DNA from: Camelus dromedarius
Lineage: Eukaryota
Direction: 5' to 3'
Assembly (NCBI RefSeq): GCF_036321535.1
Contig: NC_087436.1
Coordinates: 11,036,001 to 11,100,000 of the forward strand
Length of the DNA stretch: 64,000 nucleotides
Shown here: positions 37,378 through 51,269 of the stretch, one piece after another
Numbering within the stretch: the first letter of the stretch is position 1
Layout: each line of letters starts with the position of its first letter
Position numbers and translations under genes: made by a program
Notes under the pieces: model-generated
What the model saw: only the letters and a program-made list of their open reading frames with translations
Told to the model about the DNA's origin: nothing
Database searches by the model: none

Positions 37378-40249
37378 CTCTAAGTACTCCAGCTTGGGTT
37401 ATGCCATTATTCCTGTGACCAAAAGAACTAAATTAAAAAAAATTAACTGAAGTGGAAGGAAATGAAGCTCCCTAACGGAATGGAGAAAACTGCTCCTGGA
37501 AGGGAAGGGACAAAACAGTAGTTGTCCCTGTTATCAAAAAAGCACCGCTGTTTCCAACCCTCAACTTTCAACCAGTTACTGCAACAGGGCAATGCCTGGA
37601 AGACATCACTTCTGACTGCTATTTCAAGCATCAATAAGGCTGATACTGTTTATTCCTGGCCATGCAGGGTTTAGATGTTTCTGGTCTTGATCCTAGAAAT
37701 TCTGACATGCTTCTCCACTACCAACCCAGACCAATGTCCCCAGTGATCTTCAGAATCTGAACTAAATAGAGCCGGGGACACCCTTGGCTTGCTCTCTAAC
37801 AGAGAACTCAACACTCAATAAGTAATATCTTCGATGTTGAAATAATCTCGAGAAACACAATAATTTTCTTAAGACCTTCAGGATTCCTTCTTTATTGCAA
37901 GTCAACTCTATGCCTGGTCTATAACTTTGGTGTGGTTCTCCTACTCTTTATTGTAGTTCCAAGAGTTGGGAGTGGACTGCTGACAGACACAAAGAAGACC
38001 ACAAAGAGATGAGGTGTTCATTTAGAAAGACTACTGCAGGTATCGGGTCATGTGTATTATGAAACAAGGAGAAAGGTGCAAAGCAGAGATGGATTTGGAT
38101 CCTTTCCTCTTTAAAAGCAATAAGTCATTGGTCATTACTCCACGGTGGCCTAATGCCTAGAGGGATTTATAAGAAAAATGAAAAAGCAATCCTGGATGAG
38201 CAGCAGAGGCACCATTCATTTGGCGTATCCTGCTAATTGTTCATTATACAGACCTCCCAGGGAATAACCATTCTGGCAACAGCAGAAAAGAATCCTGAGA
38301 TTATAGACCACCTCATTTCTAAAATACTCAAATTCCTATTAAGATGATAAATCACAGTGTTTCTAAAGAAGTGTGACTCATTCTCTGTCTGGCAGGTGAA
38401 TAATCACTGGATTAAGAGTCCCTAATGATATCATAGGTGTAATAATGGATTATAGCTCCTTTTAATAATAGGTCAAGAATTCTGAACCCTCCCTGTTAAT
38501 CCATATTGCTTTAAAAAGCTGTTACAGTCCCAAGTATATGAAAATTAAGCTGACTTTTCTGGGAGATTAGTGAAGAGAATTTATTATTGAATTTAGTGCC
38601 AGAAATGTGCCCAAAAGTGGTAACTCAAAACAAAACAAGCCCATGAGGACCAACAGCCACTCAAAAAAATTTTTTTTAAGTTTGAATTATAATATTACCA
38701 AACCAAAGGCCTTCATCAGTTTAAACTGATTTGATTAATATTCTAGAAAATCAGTTACTAGTGCCTGGAACACAGGAATAGACTATGTGAAAGACTAGAT
38801 TAAAATCTACACCATTTGCCTTTGATGTCATATACAAAATATAATTAAATAAAATAAATGCAAATAAATAATAAATCTGTTCTTCTAAAGTTCAATAGAT
38901 GACAAGATGATAGAGTGGATTCAACTGTAAAATTACGATGACTCCATAAACAATTGAGCTTTTTTCTCAATGATGAATTGGTGGATTCAGCTCTGGGTTG
39001 TTGAATTTGATGGCCGTCAACCAAGCCAACCTTGAACTGCTAATCTGCCCAAGAGCTGCTCACCAGTGGCTCTTTCCATCCTGGTGGATTATGTTTCCTA
39101 GCAGCCAGTGAATTTATGTGCCAAAATGAAGTCAATAAGTGCACCAGCTCACCATATTTCCCTTTAAATAGCTTAGGCTTTTAATAGAGCAAAAAAAAAA
39201 AAAAAAAATAGAGGCTCCTATGAGATTAAATCAAACCAAGAGTCAAGGTTCATGGTCAAGAGAAACTGAGATTTCAGGGCTTATGAGGGGGAGCTGATAA
39301 AGATGGAGAGGCTTTTCTCCATCTCAGGGGGACAGCTGAGAGACTGTTTTACTGCAAGTGAGATGTCGGCTTGTTACTGACTCATCACACCTGCCAACCT
39401 TAAGAGGGTCTCTTTGTCATTACTTATAACTGCCAATTTATAAAATGGCCCAGTAGGGAGTGAAAGAACCAACTGGAACAAATAGAGGTGTTACCACAGT
39501 TGCAATCTGTCTACTCCAGTCAGCACAAGTGGTGAATCTCAAATAGGAAGGAGCAGCCCAAGGCTGCTCCTTTCTGGTCACCAAACATGGTGGGCCTGAG
39601 AGGTGGGCCCCAGCCCTGGAGTCAGCCTCTGTGGAGTGCTGTGGACCGGGCATTCTGGGTGATAGCTGGGCAGAAAGGCTTGATTTGATCACATAAAGTT
39701 TTTCAGTATTAACTGGTTCAGGATATATAAGGTTTTTCCTAGTAACTTTACCTTGGGTTCAAATTCTGGGGAAAGAGAAGACAATTAAGCAGAAGCATCA
39801 GTGAAAAGACAGTGCGACGACACGGGAAGCACACAGGGAGAACCCTGACAACCCGACTCAACTGAAATAAGAGAAAATGAGATTGAGAAAAGGCTTCTGT
39901 CTGCCTAGAACATTTCTGCTGTGCCATTTCTCTCCCTCTGGTCATGTCTGTGTGTTTAGGCCTTTCAAGCTAGAGGCTGTTCTGGGCATAATACAAGGCT
40001 CAGCTGTTCACCCTGGTCTTACTTTGATTTGACCTTTCAGTCAAATTGGCATTTTGTAGTTGTTTGGAAGCTGTGCCTTGGGGAGGGAGTTTGCTGTGCT
40101 GGGCAGGGAGGGTACTGAAGGAAGAGAACACAATTTATAACCATTTTGGTAGCCCACTGACAGTGGAAGGTCATGCTATGATGTTTTGAATGCATTTCTG
40201 GGGACTATGTCAGCCCCCTAATGTGACTGCAAGTTAAACCTTAGCTTGG

Positions 40250-40428
40250 ATATGGCTTTAAAGCACAACAGAATGACCCACAGAGCTTTTCAAAAGTACC
40301 CGTGTCTGGATCTCATCCCTGGATATTCTGACTTAATTAGACTAGGATGGGACCCAATCCTTAGACTTTTAAAAAAGCTCCCCCAGATACTTATAATGTG
40401 CACATATTTCTAATGTGCAGCCAGGACA
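40250..40428. mobile_element. MER5-like hAT-Charlie MITE
   Basis: 'attctgacttaatt...ttttaaaaaagctccccc...ttctaatgtgcagccagg'. Confidence 0.7.
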
Positions 40429-40611
40429 TAGAATCCCCCCAAATCAGAAAAAAATCCAAATACAGAGAATGCTCTGGTCTATAAGGGCATGTCTGCTGTT
40501 CTTTGGATTGGATCCGTTGAATCCTTAGTGGCACTGGCTCCGACGTTTGATAAGATGCCTCCACCCCAGAGATGCTTGCCTCTGTGCTTCTATCAGAAAT
40601 CCTTGCATAAC

Positions 40612-41463
40612 TTGAAAAAATGCTCAATAGCACTACTTATCAGAGAAATGCAAATCAACACTACAATAAGGTATCACTTCACACCAGTCAATAACAATCA
40701 TTCAGAAGTCCATGATAAATGCTGGAGAGGCTGTGGAGAAAAGGGACCCCTCCTGCACTGCTGGTGGGAATGTAGTTTGGTGCAGCCATTATGGAAAACA
40801 GTATGGAGATTCCTCAAAAAACTAAAAATAGACTTACCATATGACCCAGCAATCCCACTCCTGGGCATATATCTGGAGAGAACTCTAATTTGAAAAGATA
40901 TATGCACCTCAATATTGACAGCAGCATTATTTACAATAGCCAAGACATGGAATCTACCTAAATGTCTGGATGACTGGATAAAGAAGCTGTGGTATATTTA
41001 TACAATGGAATACTACTCAACCATAAAAGAATAAAATAATACCATTTGCAGCAACATGGATGGACCTGGAGATTATCATTCTAAGTGAAATAAGGCAGAA
41101 AGAGGAAGAAAAATACCATATGATATTACTCATATGTGGAGTCTTTAAAAAAAAAGACACAAAAGAACTTATTTACAACAGAGAAACACATTAACAGACA
41201 TAGAGAACAAACTTATGGTTACCAAGGAGGGAAGGGAGTTGGAAGGGATAAATTGGAAGTATGAGGTTTCTAGATACTAACTACTATACATAAAATAGAT
41301 AAACAGCAAGTTTATACCATATAGTACAGGGAATTACATTCAATATCTTGTAGTAACCTATAATGAAAAAGAATATAAAAAGGAATATATCTGTCTGAAA
41401 TGCTATGCTGTACACCAGAAATTTACACAACATTGTAAACTGACTATACTTCAATTAATAAAA
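40612..41463 (+). mobile_element. 5'-truncated camelid L1 (ORF2 C-terminus + 3'UTR) with degenerate TSD
   Basis: [18 protein letters not shown] cysteine-rich motif; TSD agaaatccttgcataa (40595-40610) vs agaagaccttgcatta (41464-41479). Confidence 0.95.
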
Positions 41464-41505
41464 AGAAGACCTTGCATTAAGTTATGCAGATTGGGATCAT
41501 ATATT

Positions 41506-41507
<2 letters not shown>

Positions 41508-41560
<53 letters not shown>
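41508..41560. repeat. (TG)26 perfect microsatellite
   Basis: Seen directly in the sequence. Confidence 0.97.
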
Positions 41561-41562
<2 letters not shown>

Positions 41563-42534
41563 CTTGACATACATGTGACATGCATACCTGTTAATGGCTT
41601 AAGACAATAGTAGTGTCCAGGAAAATTTCAAACTTAAGGAAATCCTTCTGAAGGAATTCCACGGGGCTCATTAAAAGAGTAATGGTCTTTCAAAAGTAGA
41701 AATCTTCACTAATTTGGGCTCAAATTCTCTTTTAAGTGTGGCATTGAAGAGATACTTCTATATCTAAAATTTGATATTCAACCAGATAAGGAAGGCTACA
41801 GTTTTTAAATTGACACAATTTCCTTGATAAAGTGAAGGCTGTCAAAATGATAGGTCGAAGCCCTGAGGCAGGAGGAAAGATACTTTCCATCTCCGTGGTA
41901 AATAAAGTTCTTGACAGAGTCTGAGTGAAATAGGAGAGCGTTCCAGCTGGCAATCTCCTGATAGTCATTCTTGGCATGATGGAAGAAGGATTACGGAAGG
42001 GGGGACATAATTAGCTTTCATCACAGTGTCATGACAGAATCCTCCCCTCTGTGGGACTAGCCTTATGAAAAAGATTATTATACCCACTGCCATTCATAAC
42101 TGGACTGCATTATGCAACCTGTGATTAAAAAAAAAGTTTGACATTCCGTGAAGCCTAAATCAAGAATGCATAGCATATGAATTACGATTTAAGTGGAAAA
42201 GCAACCTCGCGGGAAGGGAGAAGTCTAGTCCATGACAAGCCATGCAGGCTTTATGATTCCTCTGTGTTCCAAGTTTCAGTGAGCTGATAAATAGGAAGTG
42301 GTGAATGATTAACTCTGTTGAAGAGTATACAACACCCTCTGAGAATTAGAATCCATCCTGGATATTTACTCAATATCCCTCCAAAGAGATTTTGCCTTTC
42401 AATGTAGTGGAGCGAGCCCAAAACTTGGTACCAGGGTTTCTGTGTTCTGACCCCAGATATTCAAATAAGTGCTGTAAGCAATTCAGTATTTCTGGAGCTT
42501 ATTTTTTTTTTTATCATCTGTAAACAGTGGGATT

Positions 42535-42800
42535 GTATTCACTCATTTGTTCATTCAAGAAATAGTCATTGTTGCCTATTACGTTCTAAGTATATTCCAG
42601 GGACTGAGGATGCAGAGATGAACAATTTTTGGAGCTTGCGCTCAAGCAGTGCAGAGCCTAGACAGCTAAGTAAGTAAGTATGGACCATTCAGAAGAGCAA
42701 AAACATACACAAAATACAAAAGGAAATGACTAACTTGGTTGGGGAGGGGAGGGGGAATCAGTGCAGACTTCACAGAGCAGGAAATGCTCGAGCAAGGCTC
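42535..42800 (-). mobile_element. L2 3' fragment
   Basis: 'attcactcatttgttcattcaagaaata..gcctatta..gggactgaggatgcagagatgaacaa'. Confidence 0.7.
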
Positions 42801-43324
42801 AGGAACCTATAGGCCCATGTTAGTTTGAGTCTGTGATCTTAAAAACTGAAAATAATGTAGTCCGATAATAAATGGAGTTATACGGGTGAATTAGTGTCTT
42901 TGTATAAATTGCAAGAGTTTTTTCCATAAGTCCAATAGATCTGTGAGTCCTGGTGAGCATCAGAGAATAATACTTAGGAAGCGCCTTCTCATCCTTTCCC
43001 AGTGCTGTATCAGGCCCCACCCTGGAAAGCATCTCAGTGCCACAATCCCTCCATTCAGTTATGCTGCCTGCCGACCATCTGCTTGGCTTTGTACGACTCC
43101 CCGGGCAGATGAGAAGGAATAAGACTCAGCTCTGCCTTTAATGAGTTTAATAGGCAGCTGGGGGAAAAGATTTATAAACATATTTAAGGGAAAAATAAGG
43201 GGGTCACAGAGTAATGAGCCCTATAATAGGGATTGACCAAAGGTGCAATGGGAACCCAGAAAAAGGGGGGCACTTAGTGTTGACTAGAGGTAGGGGTTTT
43301 AGAAGAGTGATAACACCTCAGTTC

Positions 43325-43985
43325 ATATTTATTGAGCTCTTACATTGTGCAGTCATTTTTCACGATTGTCTCGTTTGATTCTTTATTACAGTCCTATAAG
43401 GTAAATATTATTACCCTTTTTTTTAATTGAAGGATAGTTGATTTTACGTTAATTTCTGGTGTACAACAAAGTGATTCAGTTATACATATATATATTCTTT
43501 TTCATATTCTTTGTAGGTTATTACAAGGCATTGAATATAGTTCCCTGTTCTCAACAATAGTACCTTGTTGTTTATCTATTTTGTATATAGTAGTATCTAC
43601 AAACCCCAAACTCCTAATTTACCCCCTGCCCATTCCCCACTGGTAACCACAAATTTGTCATCTATGTCTGTGAGTTTGTTTCTGTTTTGTAAATAAGTTC
43701 ACTTGTGTTCTTTTTTTTTTAAGTTTCCACAAATAAGTGTTATCATGTGATATTTGTCTTTCTCTGACTTATTTTACTTAGTATGACAATCTCCAGGTCC
43801 ATCTATGTTGCTGCAAATGGCATTATTTCATTCTTTTTTATGGCTGAATAGTATTAGATTTATTATCCCATTTTACAGATGAAAAAAATCTTGGGCTCAG
43901 AGAGATAAGTAATCTAGACCCAAATCACAGTCATTCTTAAAAAGGCAAGCTTCCAACTCGAGTCTGCCTGAGCCCAAAGTCTACA
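43325..43985 (-). mobile_element. MIR split by an L1 tail insertion
   Basis: MIR core resumes at about 43860 'tattatcccattttacagatgaaaaaa..gctcagagag'. Confidence 0.7.
43416..43855 (-). mobile_element. 5'-truncated L1 3'UTR tail
   Basis: Poly(T), 'atttctggtgtacaac', 'gttgctgcaaatggcattatttcattctttttta'. Confidence 0.9.
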
Positions 43986-44040
43986 TGTGCAGCTATGTTT
44001 AGATACTGCTTCCCAAATAGAAATTTCCTACGAAACTGCT

Positions 44041-44490
44041 TGCCTTCATTTCTTAGGGTTGCTATAACAAATTACCATAAACTGGATGGACTAAAGCAAG
44101 AGAGCTTATTTTCCCATAGTTTTGGACACCCCAAGATCAAAATCAGTGTGTCAGTGGGACTGCACTCCCTCAAGAAGCTCAGGGGCATAATCCTTACTTC
44201 CCTCCCTCCCCATTTGGTGACATCAACTATTCTTTGGCTGTGGAAGGACAGTCCCATCTCTGCCTCCTCCTCCACACAGCTCCTCCTGTGTGCCCCTGTG
44301 TCTTCTCTTCTGTTTCTCATAAGGACATTGGTCATCAGATTTAGGACCTAATTCAGAACTATCTCATCTTGAGATCTTTACCTTAAATTACATCTGCAAC
44401 AACCCTTTTTCCAAACAAGTTCACACTCATAGGTACCAGGATTTGGGGCTTAGATATATCTTTTGGAACGCCACAATTCAACCCACTAGA
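44041..44490 (-). mobile_element. ERVL-MaLR solo LTR (MLT1C-like)
   Basis: 'agggttgctataacaaattaccataaactgg..ttacatctgcaacaacccttttccaaac..ccacaattcaacccacta'. Confidence 0.85.
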
Positions 44491-44964
44491 ATAATGCTTC
44501 AGTGGAGTTTACAGGACAAGCTGGAGTCAGGGAACAGGAGAGAGTATCCCAAGAAGAAATAGCAGACCAGACAGGTAAGAGAAAGCCACATGGGAAACCA
44601 CATATACTCTGTTACACTGGGAACACCAATATACAAATAAACAAACAAAAGCATAAGCTGAGAAAAGAGGTTCAAAAACTAGAGAGAGTTCAAATAATCA
44701 AGAAACTGGCCCACCAATCTAAGTTATTAGGGTTACATTCAAGACATTTTATGTAAGGGAAAAAATAATTAATTATGCATTTGATGAAAGACACTTTAGT
44801 GCCAATATCTAGGCAACATTACAGGATGGGAATTTGTGGTGAGGAAGATCCAATAGGTAGCCTTTGTCATAACCCAGGTGGAAGAGAATAGAACAAAGAC
44901 CATTAAAAAGGAGAAGGGGTTACGAAATCAAATGATAGCAAAGGATAGATTTGACTAGACTTGA

Positions 44965-47900
44965 CAGCTTTGCTGTGCAGAAGCTTTTTAGTTTGATAGG
45001 TCCCATTTGCTTACTTTTGCTTTTGTTTCCCTTGCCTAAGGAGACATATCCAAATATATGTATATATAGCTAAGACCAATGTCAAAGAAAGTACTGCTTA
45101 TGTTTTCTTCTAGGAGTTTTATGGTTTCAGGTCTTGCACTGAAGTCTTTAATCCATTTGGAGTTTAGTTTTGTATATGATGTGAGAAAGTGGTCCACTTT
45201 CACTTTTCCATATAGCTGTCCAGTTTCCATAGCACCACTTATTGACGAAGTTGTCTTTTCCCCATTGTATATTCTTATCTCCTTTGGCATAGATTAACTG
45301 ACCATATGTGTGTGGGTTCGTTTCTGGGCTCTCGGTTCTGTTCCATTTATTTATGTGTCTCTTTATGTGCCAGGCCATACTAATGTGATTATTGTAGCTT
45401 TGTAGTATAGTTTTGAAATCAGGAAGCGATACCTACAGCTTTGTTCTTTAAGATTATTTTGGCTATTCATCATCTTTTGTGTTCTATACAAATTTTAGGA
45501 CTATTGCTTCCAGTTCTGAGAAAAAATACATTGATATTTTGATGCAGATTGCACTGAATCTGAAAATTGCCTTGGGGAGTATGGTCATCTTAATAATATT
45601 AATTCTTCCAAGACATGAGCACACTATATCTTTACACTTATCTATACATCTTTCATTTCTTTTGTCAGAATCTTATACGGTAGTTTTCTGAGTACAGGTC
45701 ATTTACCTCCTTGGTTAGATTTATTCCTAGTTATTTTCCTTTTCATGCAATTGTAAATGAGCTTGTTTACCTAAAGTCTTTGTTATTATTGTATAGAAAC
45801 ACAACAGATTTCTGTATATTAATTTCATAGGCTGCCACTGAATTGAATTCATTTATCAGTTCTAATAGCTTTTTAATGGTGTCTTTAGGAGTTTTTATAT
45901 AGTATCATGTCATGTGCAAACAGTGACAGTTTTACTACTTTTATCCATTTTAGATGTCTATCATCTCTTTTTTCTTGCCTGATTGCTATGGCTAGGACTT
46001 CCAGTACTATGTTGAATAAAAGTGGTGAGAGTAGGCACCCTTGTACTGACCTCGATCTTAGAGGAAGTGTTTTCAGCTTTTCACTATTGAATATAATGCT
46101 GGCTATGGATTTTTCATATATGGTCTTTATGATGTTGAGGTATATTTCCTCTGTACCCATTGTGTTGAGCATTTTATCTTAAACTGATGTTGAATATTGT
46201 CAAAAGCCTCTTTTTGCATCCATTGAGATGATCATATGGTTTTTATTCTTCAATTTGTTAATGTGGTCTATCACATTGACTGATTTGCAGATATTGAAAA
46301 ATCCTTGCATCCTTGGGTTAAGTCTTACTTGATCATGTTGTTTTATCCTTTTAATGTATTGTTGAATTCAGTTTGCTAACATTTTGTTAAAGATGTTTGC
46401 ATCTGTGTTCATCAGGGACACTGGCCTGTAACTTTCTTTTTCTGCTATGTCCTTGTCTGGTTTTGGTATCAGGGTGATGGTGCCCTTATAGAATGTGGAA
46501 TACTTCCTCAATTTTTTTTGGAGCAGTTTGAGAATAGGTGTTAACTATTCTCTAAATATTTGGTTGAATTCACCTTTGAAGCCATCTATTGATAGACTTT
46601 TGCTTTGGGAAGTTTAAAAATTACTGATTAAATTTCATTACTGGTACTTGTTCTGTTCATATTTTATATTTCTTCCTGATTCAGTCTTGGGAAATTGTAT
46701 GTTTCTAGGAATTTGTTAATTTCTTATAGGTTGTCCATTTTATTAACATATAGTTGTAGTAAACTCTTATGATTCTTTGTATTTCTGTGGTGTCAGTTGT
46801 AACTTCTCTTTCATTTCTGATTTTATTTATTTGGGTCCTCTCATTTTTCTCTTGATTAGGCTGGCTGAAGATTCATCAATCTTGTTTATCTTTTCCAAGA
46901 ACCAGCTCTTAGTTTCATTGATCTTTTCTGTTTTTTCTTTTAGTCTCAATTTCATTTATATCCACTTTATTATTCCTTCCTTCTATTAATTTTGGGCTTA
47001 GTTTGTTCTTCTTTTTGTAGTTCCTTTAGTGTAGATTATTTGTTTATTTGAAGAGCTTTTTGTTTGTTTGTTTCCTGAGGTAGGACTGTATTGCTATACA
47101 CTTTCCTCTTTAAATTGCATTTCTGTGGTCCATCAATTTTGGATCATTGTTTCTGTTTTCATTTGTCTCCAGATATTCTTTGAATTCTTCTTTATTTCTT
47201 CAGTGACTCACTGGTTGCTTAGTAGCATATTATCTAATCTCCATGTGTTTGTGTTTTTTGTAATTTTGTCTTTATAGCTGATTTCTTATATTTCTATAAC
47301 ATCGTGGTTGGAAATGATGCTTGACATGATTTCTTCTTAATTTTATTGAGACTTGTTTTGTGGCCTAGCATGTGATTTATCCTGGAGAGCGTTCCATGTG
47401 CACTTGAAAAAAAAAGTCTATTCTCCTGCTTTTGGATGGAAGAGTCCACATATATATCAATTAATTTCATCTTATATAATGTGTCATTTAAGGCCAGTGT
47501 TTCTTTATTGTTTCTCTGTCTGGAGAATCTGTCTATTGATGTAAGTGGTATGTTAAATTTTCTTACTATTATTGTTTACTATCAATTTCTCCCTTTTATG
47601 TTTGTTAATATTTGCTTTATGGATTTAGGTGCTCCTATGTTGGATGCATAGCTATTTACAAATGTTTATCTTCTTGTTAGATTGATCAATTTATCATAAT
47701 GTAATGGTCTTCTTTGTCTCTTGTTACAACCTTTGTTTTAATGTCAATTTTGTCTGATATAAGCAGTGCTACCCTGGCTTTTTATCTCAACTTCAGTTCT
47801 GAATGATAACCTCACTGGATAAAGTATTCTTAGTTGTAATTTTTTCTTTCAGCATTTTGACTATATTATGCCAGTCTCTTCTGGCCTCTAAAGTTTCTGC

Positions 47901-49712
47901 TGAAAAATCAGCCTATAGCCTTATGGGGCTTCCCTTGTATGTAACTAGTTGTTTTTCTCTTGCTGCTTTTAAAATTCAGTCTTTAACTTTTGACACTTTA
48001 ATTGCTGTGAGTCTTGGTGTGGATCTTTGTGGATTCATCTTATTAGACACTCTTTATGCTTCTTAGACTTTGATATCTGTTTCCTTTGCCAGGTTAAGAA
48101 GTTTTCAGCCATTACTTCTTCAAATAGGGTTTCTGTCTCTTTCTCTTCTTCTTCTAGGATCCCTATAATGCAAATGCTAGTACGTTTGATGTTATCCAAA
48201 AGGTCCCTTAAACTGTCCATCTTTTCATACTCCTTTTTTTTCTGTTCTCATTTACACTACCCTGTCTTTTGGACCACTGATCTGTTCTGCAACCTGTAGT
48301 CTGCTGTTGAGTCCATTTAATGTGTTTTTCATTTCAGTTATTGTATTATTCAGTTTTGATTGGTTCTTTTTTATATTTTCTTTCTCTTTGTTGAAGTTCT
48401 CACTGAGTTCATCTATTTGTCTTTCAAATTCAGTGAGAGTTTTTGTGACTATACTTTGAACTCTTTACCTGGTAAATTGCTGATCTGTTTTGGATAATTC
48501 CTTTTCTGAGATTTTGTCTTGTTCTTTTGTTTGAAAGGTATTCCTGTGTCTCCTCATTCTGACTAACTTTCTTTGTTTCTATATATTAGATATATCAGCT
48601 ATATCTCCCACTCTTGAAAGAGTGGCCTTATGTAGAAGGTTTCCTGTGGGACCCAGCAGCACAATCCCCCCTGGTGACCAGAGCCAGGTGTCCAAGGGTA
48701 TCCCCTGTGGGGTCTGGGCATGCTCTTCTATTGTGGTTGGGTGATGATTGCTGCAGGTGTGCTGGTGTGTGGGGCTGGCCCTTGGCCCATCTGGCTGAGA
48801 AGTCTGGCCACAACTGCTGCAGGCATGCTGATGTACCATGCTGGCCTCTGTCATGACTGGCTATGAGGTCTGGACACAAATGTTGCAGGCCCACTATTGT
48901 GCAAGACTGGCCCCCCTGGAGCAGGAGCTGCTTTGGAGGGGTGTCAGTGCCAGCCAAGGCTGCCTGTCAGGCAGGGAGGGGTACGAGACCCTTTGGAGAG
49001 GCTGGCTGGGGTGGGCATTTTGAATAGGGCAGGTTCTCGGGGGAATTCTGGGGCAGGGTATGATGCTGATGGAGAGTGACAGATATGGCACCTGCCAGTG
49101 CTGAACCAGCTGGGTGGAAGGAATGTTAAAAAAAAAAAAAAAAAGGCACCCACCAGACATCCATTCCCAGAGGAAGTTCCACCAGATCTCTGCCCCTCCA
49201 GCACATGCCGTAAATTAGTCCCTGAATCTCTTCATATGACAAAGGTGCTTTTCAAGTGCTGCCTCAGCACTGGGACTCAAAGTGAGTGAGTTTGTGTGTG
49301 AGCCCTTCAGGAACAGAGTCTCAGTTTTTCGTAGCCCTTTATCTCTCCCAGTTGTTTACACTCAAAGCCATATGTTAAGGGGGCTTGTCTTCCCAGTGCA
49401 GGTCCCCTGGGCTAGGGGGCCCAATGTGGATCTTGGACCCTCGCTCCTCAGGGAGAACCTCCATGGTTGTAATACCCTTCTGCTAGTGGGTTGCCACACC
49501 AGGGTGGGCATTCTGACTGGACCACATCTCTGCCCCTCCTACCCAGCTCAGTGTGGCCTTTTTTATATGCTTAGTTGTAGAAAAATCTGTTCTGCTAGTC
49601 TTTGGGTCATTCTCTGGAGTAGTTAGCCTGCATATAGCTATTGTTTTGGTATGTCCATGGGAGAAGGTGAGCTCTGGGTCTTCCTACTCCACCATCTTGA
49701 TCTGGACCTCTC
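44965..49712 (-). mobile_element. Older L1 with intact 5' end (5'UTR about 1.15 kb), ORF1 and ORF2; 3'-truncated, internal deletion at about 47785
   Basis: Minus ORFs 45885-46172 (RT; LSLFAHD) and 48035-48220 (ORF1); 5' terminus 'caagatggtggagtaggaagac' (YY1-type) at about 49680-49700. Confidence 0.95.
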
Positions 49713-49739
49713 AAGAGCTCCACTTTAAATGGAACCATT

Positions 49740-50250
49740 TTCATTTGACCTAATTGAAAATATTATTTGAATAACTAAATTAATATTTATACTCACTATA
49801 AAATATACCAAACTTATGGACAAACCAATACATTTAATTTTAAAAATCATTTATACTTTACCAGAAAAAAACATTATTTTTGATGACTATCTTTCTAATC
49901 CTTGTGCTTTACAAACATATATACTGTTTTTTTCTTTACAAAAAAAAAATTGTCATACCACAAGTCTATCCTGTGAAAGTTACGATGAAATGTAGTTCCA
50001 TGTCATAAGATAAACTTCAACATTATTTTTATGACTTAATGTTACTTCTCTGTATTGATAAATCACAGTTTACTTAATCAATTTCTTGCTTTAAGGCATT
50101 TAGATTACTTCCAAATTTATATTGTATTATTATAAACACTGTTTTGAAGAACATTGTTATAGCTTAGTTATTGTGCATATTTATGCCATTTTCTTATGAT
50201 ACATTCTTAAAATTGGGACTTTTCAGGTTTTGAGATATTTTGCCAAATTT
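49740..50250 (-). mobile_element. Ancient L1ME-like 3' remnant
   Basis: 'ggcatttagattacttccaaattt...ttataaacactgttttgaagaacatt'. Confidence 0.55.
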
Positions 50251-50314
50251 CCTACCAACTCATGTGAATGAACAAGTTCATAATCATTATTTAAAAGATT
50301 TGAGAATATAATAG

Positions 50315-50790
50315 GTGTGCTGGCATTTCTGTTCACCCTTCCAGATCCACACTGTACTCCAATTGCCACCACGTTCCATGCCCCAGGAGGCTGTTCCTTA
50401 AGAATCCTATCAACCAGTTCCCTTGTCTTTGGCTTCTGGTTGGGTTTGGCCAGCAAAGGATAACAGCAGAAAATTGGAATGCTGTTGGAAAGAGAATGGA
50501 CTTCCTAGCCTTGCTCCCTCTATGCCAATACAGTTGACAGTTGCTGAACACCTCTTTTGTTGGATATCCCTTTCCTGCAGCCTCAGTCCTCCCAGAGTCT
50601 CAGTAAAAATTTGCTTTGTTGCCTCATCAAGCCAAAGATGGTAACAATTTCCCATAATTGCAATGAGTAGAATGTTTCAGTTTCTTATTGGTTACCTTGA
50701 GAGACTCACAACTATAAAACAATCCCTTCGGCAAAACTCTCTCCAATTATCCCACAGAGAGTTTCATCTATTTCATGCCAGGGCTTTGGC
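50315..50790 (+). mobile_element. ERVL solo LTR (LTR33/LTR41 group)
   Basis: 'ccagatccacact..tgccccaggaggctg..tggcttctggttgggtttggcca'. Confidence 0.65.
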
Positions 50791-51269
50791 CAAAAGATGG
50801 ATAAGTACAAATTCTTTAACATAGAACTAATCCAGGGCAATCCATATGAAGTGCCACCATTCACACTGTGATATGCTCGTCTCCACATCATTCACTTTTT
50901 TCTCATTAATGGTTTTGTTTGGATCAACAGAAAAATCAAGTTACTTTTAATATGCTTAAAGAAAAATTTGTTTTTTCATAAGAAAAGAAAAAATTAGGTG
51001 GGTAGGGACGTGAGAAAAATTGTACGAGGTCTTCTTCCATGCTTTCTTGTTGGGAGTGCTGTTTCCTTTTGCCAAGATTCAAGGCTGAGGCCAGTCATTC
51101 CCTTCTCTGCCCCCAGCCCCACTGAAGAGGTCGGCACCTCTTCCACCGCTGCCATCATCCCTGCCTTCTCCTTTCTTTGAATAGGGGCAACTGCTTGCTG
51201 AAGTGTGATGTATGAAGAGGTGGGAGGAAATGAGCCTGATACCTCAGAAGCTTCAACTCAGGAGGAGGC

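Noticed and set aside
41732..41977. 81-aa minus-strand ORF in unique sequence
   Set aside because: No recognisable domain or splice context; the length is within chance expectation for 64 kb.
48579..49753. Many overlapping ORFs in a GC-richer segment
   Set aside because: The segment is the 5'UTR of the minus-strand L1; fewer stop codons are expected from its composition and no protein motif is recognisable.
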